Below, in pieces: positions 53,493 to 64,000 of a stretch of DNA of 64,000 bases (its first letter is position 1; the number at the start of each line of letters is the position of its first letter). The position numbers and the translations under genes are program-made. Origin of the DNA: Planctomycetota bacterium (lineage in GTDB: Bacteria; Planctomycetota; UBA1135; UBA2386); contig JBKAGP010000001.1 of the NCBI GenBank assembly GCA_046290465.1, positions 512,001 to 576,000 of the forward strand, in the 5' to 3' direction. The notes beneath the pieces were generated by a model, which had not been told where the DNA came from, did not search any database, and worked only from the letters and a program-made list of their open reading frames with translations.

Positions 53493-54296
53493 ATGTCCCG
53501 GTGGGCGCGGCGCGCGCTGTTCGCGGTAGCCCTGCTCGGAACCGCGTTCGTGGTCGCGGCCGTGCTGCGCGTGCCGGTGTGCCTGCCGTTCGACTTCGTC
53601 TGGAACCTGGGCCCGGCGGTCACCGCCGACGACCTGCGACCGCCGAACGACGGCAAGGTGCGGGTCGTGTTCCTGCAGCACGGCCTGTGGCGCACGCCGA
53701 TGTCGCTCGACCGGCTCGAGCGTTCGCTCGTCGCCAGCGGCTACGAGGTCGTCAACTGCGGCTACCCGTCGACCGAGGACCGGATCGAAGGGCACGCGCA
53801 GCGGCTGCGCGACGCGGTCGAACGGCGCGTCGCGGCCGGGCGCGTCGACGAGCTGTCGTTCGTCGGGCACTCGATGGGCGGGCTGGTGATCCAGGAGTAC
53901 TTGCGTCGCGACGACGCCCGCGAGCCGAAGGCGTGCGTCTACGTCGCCTCGCCGCATCGCGGCGCGATCCTGGCCGACAAGCGGCACCACTGGTTCGCGT
54001 TCCGGCTGGCGATGGGGGACCTGGCGGCCGGACAGCTGGTCACGAGCGATCCGTTCCACCTGCAGCCGATCCCGTTCGGGGGCCGATCGGGCACGGTCGC
54101 CGGCGACATCGGGCCGGGCAACGGCTCGATCCCGGGCCACGACGACGGCACCGTGGGGGTGGCCGAAGCCACCTTCGCCGGCTGCGCCGATGCGATCACG
54201 GTGCCGTTCGGCCACACCAGCATCGTGATCCGCGAACGGGTGTTGCGGCAGGTGATGGCGTTCTTGCGGGACGGGCGGTTCGCCCGAGGCAGCTGA
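53493..54296 (+). CDS. Esterase/lipase-like alpha/beta hydrolase with N-terminal TM or signal
   Basis: QHGLWR, GYPS, GHSMGG, SPHRG, DDGTV, GHTSI. Confidence 0.85.
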   Translation: MSRWARRALFAVALLGTAFVVAAVLRVPVCLPFDFVWNLGPAVTADDLRPPNDGKVRVVFLQHGLWRTPMSLDRLERSLVASGYEVVNCGYPSTEDRIEGHAQRLRDAVERRVAAGRVDELSFVGHSMGGLVIQEYLRRDDAREPKACVYVASPHRGAILADKRHHWFAFRLAMGDLAAGQLVTSDPFHLQPIPFGGRSGTVAGDIGPGNGSIPGHDDGTVGVAEATFAGCADAITVPFGHTSIVIRERVLRQVMAFLRDGRFARGS

Positions 54297-54359
54297 CGTC
54301 GGCGGGGGACCCGTATCGCCCGGCGCCCGGCTCCGGTAGGATCCGCAGCCCTCCCCGCG

Positions 54360-54881
54360 ATGAACAAGTCCCTCCAGACCCTCCTTCTCGGCGCCGGCAT
54401 CGGCGGCGCGTTCCTGCTCGGCCAGCTGTTCCCGCGCGGCGGCGACCCGCGACCGGTCGACGGCCTGACGCTGCACGCTCAGGGCCGCGGCCCGATCAAC
54501 GCCCCGCCGCGCCCGATCGCGCAGCCGACCGAGGCCGACCAGCCGGCGCCGATCGTCTACACCGAGGAAGGCGGCGGCAGTTCGGCCAACAACGGCTTCA
54601 TCGCCGTGACCGGCAGCTACGGCGTCGGCACCTCGGTGCTCTACCTGGTCGACACCAACAACCGCCAGCTGGCGGTCTACGAGGCCCGCGGCGGCAGCGC
54701 CTCGCAGCGGCGGATCACCCTGGTCGGGGCGCGGCGGATCGACCTCGACCTGCAGCTGCCCAGCTACAACGACCGCTCCGAATACGAGTACGACGACCTG
54801 AAGAAGCTGTTCGACAAGCGCGGTAAGAAGGACCGTTCGGTGTCGACGGGGCTGGACGGGAAGTCCGGTTCCGACAAGTAG
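54360..54881 (+). CDS. Hypothetical exported protein
   Basis: N-terminal hydrophobic segment, Pro linker, IAVTG...LYLVDT...LAVY...LVGARRIDLDL; GC3-rich codons. Confidence 0.75.
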   Translation: MNKSLQTLLLGAGIGGAFLLGQLFPRGGDPRPVDGLTLHAQGRGPINAPPRPIAQPTEADQPAPIVYTEEGGGSSANNGFIAVTGSYGVGTSVLYLVDTNNRQLAVYEARGGSASQRRITLVGARRIDLDLQLPSYNDRSEYEYDDLKKLFDKRGKKDRSVSTGLDGKSGSDK

Positions 54882-55048
54882 TGGCTTCCCAACGGCGACG
54901 TTTGCGGTAAGCTCCTGGGGCTGCTCCCTATGGAACAGCCTCCGTTTGCCCATCGGAGCCGCCGGCTTCGGCCGGTCATTCGTCCGAATCAGCTTCCCTT
55001 AGAACCCCTCTCCCAACGCTCGTCCCAACGAGGCAGTGAGGTAACTCT

Positions 55049-55546
55049 GTGTCCCAGTCCGAAGATTTCCTCTCGTTCGAGAAGGCCCTGCGCGAACTGC
55101 AGCTTCGCAGCGAAGAACTGAAGAAGCTCGTCTCCGAGGGTGAGATCCGCGCCTATCGCGACGGCGACTCGATGAAGTTCCGCGCCGAAGACATCGCTTC
55201 GCTGAACTCGCAGAGCGAAGGCGACACCAAGCTGTCGTTCGCCGACTCGCTCGAGGACGACACCGGCATGGTCACCGAGCAGATCTCGGACGAAGACACC
55301 CTGCTGGCCGAAGACGACATCGTCGAAGAGGCTCCGGCCCGCCCTGCTCGCGTCGCCAAGGTGCAGCGCGCGCCGCGCGCCGCCGCCTCGGCCGCGCCGT
55401 CGGACGAGACCCCGGCGTGGGTCACGGCCGTCGCCGTGCTCAGCACCGCGGTGCTGCTCTGGGCCTTCATGATCGGCAACGCTCTGACCGAAGAGAACAG
55501 CCCGGAGGACAGCTTCTTCACGTCGGCGTTCGCCGAGAAGAAGTAG
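55049..55546 (+). CDS. Excisionase/MerR-like HTH protein with acidic linker and C-terminal TM
   Basis: GAGG before GTG; FLSFEKALRELQL...LVSEGEIRAYRDG...KFRAEDI; Asp/Glu-rich linker; TM segment WVTAVAVLSTAVLLWAFMIG. Confidence 0.75.
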   Translation: MSQSEDFLSFEKALRELQLRSEELKKLVSEGEIRAYRDGDSMKFRAEDIASLNSQSEGDTKLSFADSLEDDTGMVTEQISDEDTLLAEDDIVEEAPARPARVAKVQRAPRAAASAAPSDETPAWVTAVAVLSTAVLLWAFMIGNALTEENSPEDSFFTSAFAEKK

Positions 55547-55734
55547 TCGCCGGACCGCGCTGCGCGCGCGTTCCCGCCGCTGCGCCCGCGGGCGCACCAC
55601 GACGAAGCCACGGATGAGCCCTGCGGGGTCTCTGCCGTGGCTTTTGCATGTCCACTCGGCTACGCTCTCGACGTATTCGCCAGCAGGTCAGTGCTGGCGA
55701 CCGGTCAGCCAGCGAACCCGCGAGGGGGCATTCG

Positions 55735-56391
55735 ATGAAGTACACCATGATGATTGCGGTGCTCTGCTGCGCCGCCGCCTGCGTCAGTCCCGAAGAACAC
55801 CGTCGCCTGCAGGGCGAGAAGGCCGCGCTCAAGGCGCAGATCGCGCAGCTCTCGGAGGACCACCGCCAGCTGGCGTCGCAGGTCGACCGCCTGCGCAACG
55901 AGAACCAGGAACTCGGCGCGCGCGCCGCCGACGCCACCTGGATCGCCGAGCAGAAGAAGAAGCTCGAGGACCTGATGCAGCGCTACGCGCCCGGCGGCAG
56001 CGACCAGGTCAACGGCGTCGAGGTCGTGCAGACGGCGGAAGGCGTCGCGTTCCGCGTCGCCGGCGGCGTGCTGTTCGCGCCCGGCCAGAACGTGCTGTCC
56101 GAGGGCGGCAAGCGCACGCTCGACGAGCTGGTCTCGTCGCTGCAGGATCGCACCATCCGCGTCGAGGGCCACACCGACGACACCCCGATCGTGCGCAGTC
56201 GTTGGGGCACCAACCTGCGGCTGTCGGTCGAGCGCGCGATGAGCGTCGCCGACCACCTGATCGCCCAGGGGCTGCCCGCCGAGCGTGTCAGCGCGGCTGG
56301 CTACGGTCCGAACCGTCCGGCGGTCGAGGGCACCACCGACGAGGCGCGCAAGAAGAACCGTCGCGTCGAGATCCTGCTGATCGAACGCTAG
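55735..56391 (+). CDS. OmpA/MotB C-terminal domain lipoprotein with coiled coil
   Basis: Lipobox AAAC; coiled coil; VLFAPG, VEGHTDD, NLRLSVERA, GYG, NRRVEI. Confidence 0.9.
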   Translation: MKYTMMIAVLCCAAACVSPEEHRRLQGEKAALKAQIAQLSEDHRQLASQVDRLRNENQELGARAADATWIAEQKKKLEDLMQRYAPGGSDQVNGVEVVQTAEGVAFRVAGGVLFAPGQNVLSEGGKRTLDELVSSLQDRTIRVEGHTDDTPIVRSRWGTNLRLSVERAMSVADHLIAQGLPAERVSAAGYGPNRPAVEGTTDEARKKNRRVEILLIER

Positions 56392-56400
56392 GCTTAGGCG

Positions 56401-57429
56401 GTGCGACGCCGCCTGCCCGTTCTGCTGGCCCTGATGCTGTCGACGGCGTGCGGCTCCGAGTCGGCGTCGAACGGCGAACCCCGCAACCCGATCGCGCGCA
56501 GCGGTCGGTTCGGTTCGCTGCGTGACTTCGTGCTGATCGAGCGCGACGGGGTCGGTGCCGGGCTGTTCGTCGATCGCTTCGAAGCGACCCAGGGCGACTG
56601 GCAGGAGTTCGCGCGCAGCGACGCGGGCCGCGCGGTCGCGGCCGATCGCGTCGCGATCGTCGGCGGCATGGCGCTGCCGGTCGGCGGCATGGACTACGTC
56701 CAGGCCCGCGCCTTCGCGCGCTGGCGCTGCGGTCGGTTGCCGTCCGAGGCCGAGTGGCAGTTCGTCACCGAGGGCGGTGGCCGCAGCCCGTTCCCGTGGG
56801 GGAGCAAGGAGGAGCCGGCGCGCGCCAACACCGGCGACCTGGCGCTCGGCGAGCGCATGCCGGTCGGCACCTTCGAGTCTGGGCGCAAGGCAGGCGGCAA
56901 CGCTCCGTACGACCTGATCGGCAACGTGCGGGAATGGACCGAGACCGTGCCGTTCGACTGGTGCCAGCAGAGCGGCGTCGGCGACCGCAGCTCGTTCCGC
57001 CGCAGCCTGCGGCGCGCCCACGGCATGGCGTGCCTGAGCGTCTGGGGCGACCGCTTCGGCCACCTGCCGGGCGGCATGATCGTCGCGCTCGGCGGTGACG
57101 GCGTGCCGCGCCGCTGCGTCGGCGCCGACTTCGAGACGCCGATGCGCGACGTCTGGGAGCACCAGTTCGACACCCAGGCCGCCGGCGAACGGCGCATGCG
57201 CACCGGGCTGCGCGTCTACACGACGGTCGGCGAATTGCTGGCGCGGCTGGTCGGACTCGAGGGGCAGATCGGCGCGAACGAACGCTCGCAGCTGCGTTCG
57301 TTCGTGCGCCGCGATGGCCACCAGCAGGCGCTGCTCGCCGCCTACCAGGCGTCGCCGCTGCGCGACCTGACGATGCCGGCGGGCACGGCGGGCGACCTGC
57401 TGGTCGAGGAGCTGCAGCGCCAGCCATGA
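56401..57429 (+). CDS. FGE-sulfatase (SUMF1) domain lipoprotein
   Basis: Lipobox LSTAC; DRFEAT, RLPSEAEW, FPWG, YDLIGNVREW, TGLRV. Confidence 0.82.
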   Translation: MRRRLPVLLALMLSTACGSESASNGEPRNPIARSGRFGSLRDFVLIERDGVGAGLFVDRFEATQGDWQEFARSDAGRAVAADRVAIVGGMALPVGGMDYVQARAFARWRCGRLPSEAEWQFVTEGGGRSPFPWGSKEEPARANTGDLALGERMPVGTFESGRKAGGNAPYDLIGNVREWTETVPFDWCQQSGVGDRSSFRRSLRRAHGMACLSVWGDRFGHLPGGMIVALGGDGVPRRCVGADFETPMRDVWEHQFDTQAAGERRMRTGLRVYTTVGELLARLVGLEGQIGANERSQLRSFVRRDGHQQALLAAYQASPLRDLTMPAGTAGDLLVEELQRQP

Positions 57430-58313
57430 GCCAGGAGCCGCCAGCCGCACGCGACCCGTTCTCGCGCTACCGGGACCAGCTGTCGGCGGTCGGATTCCGT
57501 CCGAGTTCGACCCGTGGGCAGAACTTCCTGCTCGACCCGACCCTGCACCGCTGGATCGCCGAGCAGGCGGGGGCGGGCGAGCGCGACACGGTGGTCGAGA
57601 TCGGCGTCGGCCTGGGCTTCTTGACCCGCGAACTCGCGGTGCGGGCCGGCAAGGTGCTGGCGGTCGAGATCGAGCCGCGCTTGCTCGAGATCGCGCGCCG
57701 CGAGCTCGGCGCGCACGACAACATCGAGTGGCTCGAAGCCGACGCGCTGTCCGGCCCGTCGCGCGGTCTGGTGCCGCGCATCGGCGAGGTCGCCGAACAG
57801 TGCCACGGCCAGCTGATGGTGGTCGCCAACCTGCCGTACTCGGTCTCGGGGCCGCTGCTGGCGGAACTCGCACAGCTCGCTCGCCTGCCGGATCGCACCG
57901 TCGTGCTGGTCCAGAAGGAGCTCGGGCAGCGGCTGGCCGCCAAGGTCACCGACCAGCTCTACGGCGGCCTGAGCGCGCTGGTGCAGAGCCTGTTCGTCGC
58001 CCGGTCGCTGCGCGACGTGTCGCCATCGGTGTTCCGGCCGCGCCCCAAGGTCTGGTCGTCGATCGTCGCCCTCGAGCGGCGCGCCGAGCTGCCCAAGGGC
58101 CTCGAGGACCCCGTGGCAAGGCGCCGTTACGCGCGCTTCCTGCGCAAGCTGTTCGGCCAGCGGCGCAAGGCCCTGCGCACGACGCTGGCGGCGGCGGCGC
58201 GCGAACTCGAGCTGCCGATGCCCGACCTGCCGGCGGAGTTCCTGGCGCAGCGGGCGGAGCAGCTGTCGCCGGACCAGCTGGTGGTCCTGTGGCAGGCCTG
58301 CGAACGGCCGTGA
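57426..58313 (+). CDS. rsmA: 16S rRNA (adenine(1518)-N6/adenine(1519)-N6)-dimethyltransferase
   Basis: GQNFL, EIGVGLG, VEIE, VANLPY, VQKE, FRPRPKVWS, FGQRRK. Confidence 0.93.
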   Translation: MSQEPPAARDPFSRYRDQLSAVGFRPSSTRGQNFLLDPTLHRWIAEQAGAGERDTVVEIGVGLGFLTRELAVRAGKVLAVEIEPRLLEIARRELGAHDNIEWLEADALSGPSRGLVPRIGEVAEQCHGQLMVVANLPYSVSGPLLAELAQLARLPDRTVVLVQKELGQRLAAKVTDQLYGGLSALVQSLFVARSLRDVSPSVFRPRPKVWSSIVALERRAELPKGLEDPVARRRYARFLRKLFGQRRKALRTTLAAAARELELPMPDLPAEFLAQRAEQLSPDQLVVLWQACERP

Positions 58314-58353
58314 ACGCTGCGTCGGCCCGCGCCGGAATCCGCTACCTCTGCGG

Positions 58354-58381
58354 TTGACGTGCAGAAAGGACGTGTTACACT
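58354..58381 (+). promoter_or_regulatory. Sigma70 promoter with extended -10 (TTGACG-N16-TACACT, TGn) upstream of dnaG-rpoD
   Basis: Near-consensus -35 at 58354-58359; TG at 58373-58374; -10 at 58376-58381. Confidence 0.65.
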
Positions 58382-58387
58382 TCCGGG

Positions 58388-58740
58388 TTCCACAACGCGC
58401 AACGTCCCCGGTCAAACGAACTCCATGCGGGTCCACGGGGGGGTCGGCAACCACGGTTGCCGGCGCTGCCTCGATAGGCGTTCGCAGTTTGCGGCATGAG
58501 TCCGGTTGGGCTTGGTGTGAGGCGGTTGCAGGTGCCCGGTCGCAGCGCGACCGGCCCGGCGTGTCGCCTCGTCGAGAAGCCCCCGTCACTGCCCGGCTGC
58601 GCCCGGAGTGATGGGGTAGTCTTGAGCACCTGAGTCTCCGCAGCGCGTGGCGGCACGGTCCTGGCAAACGGGTCCGGCTGCGCGTCAGGGAGATCGGGGG
58701 CCGCCTCCTGGCCGGCACGCAACCTCCCCTTCCCCGATCC
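58388..58740 (+). ncRNA. Putative structured leader or ncRNA of unknown family
   Basis: Consecutive long stems visible by eye (58443-58464, 58508-58582, 58581-58616, 58634-58694, 58692-58739) downstream of the promoter; no convincing ORF. Confidence 0.35.
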
Positions 58741-58742
58741 GT

Positions 58743-58809
58743 GACTGTTCGCCCCCGGACTGTTCCTCCCCTGACTGTTCATCCGCTGCTGTTCGCCCCC
58801 TGCTGCTCC
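58743..58809. repeat. Imperfect 15-bp tandem repeat, about 4.5 copies (GACTGTTC core)
   Basis: Units start at 58743, 58758, 58773, 58788 and 58802. Confidence 0.85.
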
Positions 58810-58867
58810 GGCCGATCCGCGTGATCTGCCGGCCGAGACCGAGCCGGCACGCCCCGGCAACCCCCTG

Positions 58868-61018
58868 ATGGACCGCTTCGAAGAAGCCAAGCTGCGCGTC
58901 AAGGAGAGCACCGATCTGGTCGCTCTGATCGAGCAGTACCAGCCGTTGCGCCCGCGCGGGCGCACGCTGGTCGCGCTGTGTCCGTTCCATCCGGAGAACT
59001 CGCCGTCGTTCACGGTGTTCCGCGAGACCCAGCACTTCCGCTGCTTCGGCTGCGGCAAGACCGGCGACGTGTTCACGTGGCTGATGGAGCGCGACGGTCT
59101 GAGCTTCCGCGAGGCGATGGAGACGCTGGCCGAGCGCGCCAGCATCTCGCTCGAGGGCGTCTTCCAGAAGGGCCGCAGCGAAGGCCAGAAGCAGCAGGCG
59201 CGCACCGCCTACGAGGCGCTCGGCCAGGTCGCCGACTTCTTCCACCGCTCGCTGCTGACGCCCGAGGGCCAGCTGGCGCGCGACTACCTCGACGACCGCG
59301 GCCTGTCCGAGGCGATCGTGCCGTGGACACTCGGCTACCATCCAGCCGGCCCGAACGGCCCCGGTCGCGCGCTGCAGGAGTTCGCGCGCGAGCAGAAGCT
59401 GCCGCTCGAGGTGCTCGAGCAGGCCGGCCTGCTGCGCAACGGCCGCGAGATCTACGCCGGCCGCCTGATGTTCCCGATCGTCGACGAACGCGGTCGCACG
59501 GTCGCGTTCGGCGGTCGCCTGGTCCCCGGCGCGCCGGGCAGCGAGCAGCGTCCCGGCAGCGACTACAAGCCGCCGAAGTACCTGAACTCGCCGGAGTCGC
59601 CGTTCTTCAGCAAGCGCCGGGTGCTCTATGGCCTGCGCGCCGCCAAGTCGGCGGGCGAGCGGCGGCTGGTCGTGATGGAGGGCTACACCGACGTCATCGC
59701 CTGCCACCTGTCCGGCTTCCAGGGCGCGGTCGCGTCCCTCGGCACCGCGTTCACGGCCGAGCACGCGCGCATCGTCGAGCGCTACGCCGACCAGGGGGTC
59801 GTGCTGATGTTCGACGGCGACCGCGCTGGCAAGCAGGCCGCCGAGCGTGCCCATCGCGAGCTGATCAACAGCCGTCTGTCGGTGCGCGTCGCGATGGTCA
59901 GCGACGGCAGCGAGGACGCCAAGGACCCGGCCGACGTGGTGCTGGCGCGCCCGGGCGAGGACGAAGAGCTGGTCGCCGAACGGCGGGTGCGGTTCGCGGA
60001 CACCATCGACGGCGCCGAGGACGGCATGACCGTCTGGTTCCGGCTGATGCGCCAGCGTCTCGACTTCTCGCAGCCGGCCGAGTTCGAGAAGGCGGCGCAG
60101 GAGTGCGCGCGGCTGCTCGAGCAGGTCGAGCAACCGGTGCGGCAGGTCGCGATCCTGCGCGAGATGGCGCGCCACCTCGACGTGCCCGAGAACGGCCTGA
60201 AGCGGCTGATGCGCGAGGCGCGGCCGGCGGCACGGCCCGAACCCGAACCGCACTACGACGAGGACGAGGTGCTGCTGCCGGACGTTCCGGACGGTGTTTC
60301 AGCCGCAGGCGGTGCTTCAGCCGCAGGCGGTGCTTCGTCGGTGGGCCGCGGCAAGCCGACGCCGATGCAGCTGGCCGAGGCACAGTTGCTGGCGTGCGTG
60401 CTGTCGCAGCCGGAGCTGCTGGTCGAGCTCGACTTCGACGAGATGCCGCTGCAGGTGCCGGCGATCGGCAAGCTGATGGAGTGGGCGGCCGAAGGCCAGG
60501 CCATCGGCCGGACCACCGGACCCGAGCTGTTCCGCTACCTGTTCTCGCGTTCGTCCGAGCAGCCGTCGCTGCACGCGATGCTGGCGCTGGCGCACGACCG
60601 TGCCGAGAAGATGGTCGACGCCGGCGAGGTGCTGCGCGGCATCCTCGACGGCCGTCGCCGCGTCGCCACCCAGAGCCAGCTGCGCGACCTGCGCGAACAG
60701 CTGTCGCAGGCGATCCGCGCCGGCGACACCGAGACCGCCGCGGAGCTGCAGGCGCGTCTGCTCGAGCTGATGCGACGCGACCGTCCGCGGCCGAACGGCG
60801 ACGACATGAACAAGCCGGCCTCGGCGGGGCCGTCGCGGCCGCTGCCGAGCTTCCTCGACCCGAACCGACCGAAGTCGACGGGCGAGCCGACCAGCGAGCC
60901 GACGGAGTCGCCGCAGTCTCCCCCGCAGGCTCCTCCGCAGGCACCCCCGCAGGCACCCCCGCAGGCCCCCCCGGTGGCAGCGGACGACCACGATGCATCC
61001 ATGGACGAGTCGGCCTGA
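58868..61018 (+). CDS. dnaG: DNA primase
   Basis: CPFHPENSPSF...CFGC zinc finger, RLMFPI, AFGGR, KYLNSPE, EGYTDV, FDGDRAG, KDPAD; low-complexity PPQA tail. Confidence 0.96.
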   Translation: MDRFEEAKLRVKESTDLVALIEQYQPLRPRGRTLVALCPFHPENSPSFTVFRETQHFRCFGCGKTGDVFTWLMERDGLSFREAMETLAERASISLEGVFQKGRSEGQKQQARTAYEALGQVADFFHRSLLTPEGQLARDYLDDRGLSEAIVPWTLGYHPAGPNGPGRALQEFAREQKLPLEVLEQAGLLRNGREIYAGRLMFPIVDERGRTVAFGGRLVPGAPGSEQRPGSDYKPPKYLNSPESPFFSKRRVLYGLRAAKSAGERRLVVMEGYTDVIACHLSGFQGAVASLGTAFTAEHARIVERYADQGVVLMFDGDRAGKQAAERAHRELINSRLSVRVAMVSDGSEDAKDPADVVLARPGEDEELVAERRVRFADTIDGAEDGMTVWFRLMRQRLDFSQPAEFEKAAQECARLLEQVEQPVRQVAILREMARHLDVPENGLKRLMREARPAARPEPEPHYDEDEVLLPDVPDGVSAAGGASAAGGASSVGRGKPTPMQLAEAQLLACVLSQPELLVELDFDEMPLQVPAIGKLMEWAAEGQAIGRTTGPELFRYLFSRSSEQPSLHAMLALAHDRAEKMVDAGEVLRGILDGRRRVATQSQLRDLREQLSQAIRAGDTETAAELQARLLELMRRDRPRPNGDDMNKPASAGPSRPLPSFLDPNRPKSTGEPTSEPTESPQSPPQAPPQAPPQAPPQAPPVAADDHDASMDESA

Positions 61019-61112
61019 CCGCCGCCGTCGTCCACCGACGAACTTCCAGAAACCCGAATGACCCCCCCGCGGGGGATGCCGGCTCCGCGCCGGCTCACCC
61101 CGACCGACACAT

Positions 61113-62825
<1,713 letters not shown>

Positions 62826-62982
62826 TCCGCCGGTGGAGTTGATCCGACGGTGAGGGGCGATCGGCCGGTGGGCTTGATCGACCCCCGCGGTGGGCGCCCG
62901 TTCTCGGCGACGGCGGCGCCCGCCGGCCGCTGGCTGGCCGCTGGGCCGGCCGCGGCGCGGCGCGAAGTTGCGCGCCTGGAGC

Positions 62983-63010
62983 TTGAGCAGGCCGGGCGCG
63001 CGGCTAGACT
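62983..63010 (+). promoter_or_regulatory. Putative sigma70 promoter (TTGAGC-N16-TAGACT) for the zinc-ribbon/selB genes
   Basis: Hexamers about 40 nt upstream of GTG 63052. Confidence 0.4.
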
Positions 63011-63051
63011 GCTCGCCCGCGGATCGCAGGGATCCGTGACCCGCAAACTCC

Positions 63052-63759
63052 GTGCACGAACACGTCCAGAAGCTCCTCGATCTCCAGAAGGTCGACCAAG
63101 AGGTCACCTCGCTCACGAAGGACATCGACCAGCTCCCGGCCGAGGAGGAGAAGCGCAAGCGCCGCCTCGACCAGCTCGAACGGGCGGCGACCGAGGCCGC
63201 CGCGGTCCTGCAGAAGGCCGAGGTCGAATCGCGCAGCGCCGACAGTGCGGCGCGCGCCGCCGACGAGCAGATCAAGAAGCTCAACGAACGCCTCAACGTC
63301 GTGCGCAACAACGCGGAATACCAGGCGACGCTGTTCGAGATCGAGTCGGTGCGCAAGGACCGCGACCAGCTGCAGGACGACGGCCTCAAGCTGCTCGACC
63401 AGATGGACGAGCTGAAGGCGACCGCCGACGCCACCAAGAAGGCCTATGACGAGGAGCGCGCGGTGTTCGACGGCTTCCTCGCCGAGGCCGACAAGATGCG
63501 CTCCGAGCGCGCCGACGAGATCGCCGCCGCGCGCGCGAAGCGGGACGCCGCCGCCGAGGGCGTGCCACCGGACCTGCTGCGCGAGTACGAAGGCCTCTAC
63601 AAGACGCGCGAGCACATGGCGGTCGCGCCGGTCGAGGACTCGTACTGCCTGGGCTGCTACAACAAGATCACGATGAACGACGTCGCCAAGCTGATGGGCG
63701 CGTCCGGAGTCGTCCGCTGCGGCTCCTGCCAACGCATCCTCTACATGGCGCACGCCTGA
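63052..63759 (+). CDS. Coiled-coil C4 zinc-ribbon protein (CT398/HP0958-like)
   Basis: LLDLQKVD, long coiled coil, NAEYQA, CLGC...CGSCQRIL. Confidence 0.9.
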   Translation: MHEHVQKLLDLQKVDQEVTSLTKDIDQLPAEEEKRKRRLDQLERAATEAAAVLQKAEVESRSADSAARAADEQIKKLNERLNVVRNNAEYQATLFEIESVRKDRDQLQDDGLKLLDQMDELKATADATKKAYDEERAVFDGFLAEADKMRSERADEIAAARAKRDAAAEGVPPDLLREYEGLYKTREHMAVAPVEDSYCLGCYNKITMNDVAKLMGASGVVRCGSCQRILYMAHA

Positions 63760-63790
63760 TCCCGCCCCTGCCTCACGAACGGCCTTCGAG

Positions 63791-64000
63791 ATGGCGCGCC
63801 AGATCCACCCCGTCGTCGTCGGCACGGCCGGCCACATCGACCACGGCAAGAGCAGCCTGGTCAAGGCGCTGACCGGGACCGATCCGGACCGCCTGCAGGA
63901 GGAGAAGGATCGCGGCCTGACGATCGACCTCGGCTTCGCGCGCATCAAGCTCGCCGACGGTCGCCTGCTCGGCATGGTCGACGTGCCCGGACACGAACGG
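63791..64000 (+). CDS. selB: Selenocysteine-specific elongation factor (3' truncated by window edge)
   Basis: Not in the ORF track; read manually as [50 protein letters not shown]...VDVPGHER. Confidence 0.93.
   Translation, partial: MARQIHPVVVGTAGHIDHGKSSLVKALTGTDPDRLQEEKDRGLTIDLGFARIKLADGRLLGMVDVPGHER

Noticed and set aside
55049..55546. Prophage or ICE excisionase
   Set aside because: It has a TM anchor, sits among housekeeping genes, and no integrase, att site or phage gene is in the window.
58425..58499. 24-codon ORF (MRVHGGVGNHGCRRCLDRRSQFAA) or rpsU upstream of dnaG
   Set aside because: No S21 similarity, no SD, poor codon usage; it overlaps predicted hairpins.
58388..58740. RNase P RNA, tmRNA, SRP RNA or tRNA-Sec
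   Set aside because: Hallmark sequences (GAGGAAAGUCC, tRNA-like ends with T-loop, SRP GGAA-loop domain, UCA anticodon cloverleaf) were not found on either strand by eye.

Overview
High-GC bacterial chromosomal window, mostly housekeeping genes. It is probably Planctomycetota (inference from a long membrane-anchored ECF sigma factor, DUF3500, PQQ-propeller and HTH-TM proteins). Translation and tRNA/rRNA genes: thrS, infC, lysS, trmB, miaE, rsmE, rsmA and a partial selB. Other core genes: dnaG-rpoD, Kgd-type 2-oxoglutarate dehydrogenase, LolCDE-like ABC transporter, rmlA-rmlD-rmlB with two SDR epimerases, an IorAB-like molybdoenzyme, ppa and Fpg/Nei. Many secreted or lipoprotein hypotheticals are interspersed. 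No rRNA, tRNA, CRISPR array, transposase or integrase was recognised. The most unusual signals are: (1) a three-gene island (45.5-47.6 kb) with two paralogous secreted proteins sharing a 12-Cys scaffold ending CxxCxGDCP; (2) an in-frame TAG at codon 20 of a scramblase-like gene; (3) a strong-SD, ATC-initiated uORF overlapping the infC ATG, a candidate IF3 autoregulation device; (4) a ~480-nt hairpin-rich leader between a clear sigma70 promoter and dnaG; (5) a thrS-infC insertion with a transmembrane ECF sigma and two secreted proteins sharing a C-terminal domain; (6) recurring leaderless-mRNA signatures and short tandem duplications at gene ends. All product calls come from recognising motifs by eye; no database search was run.
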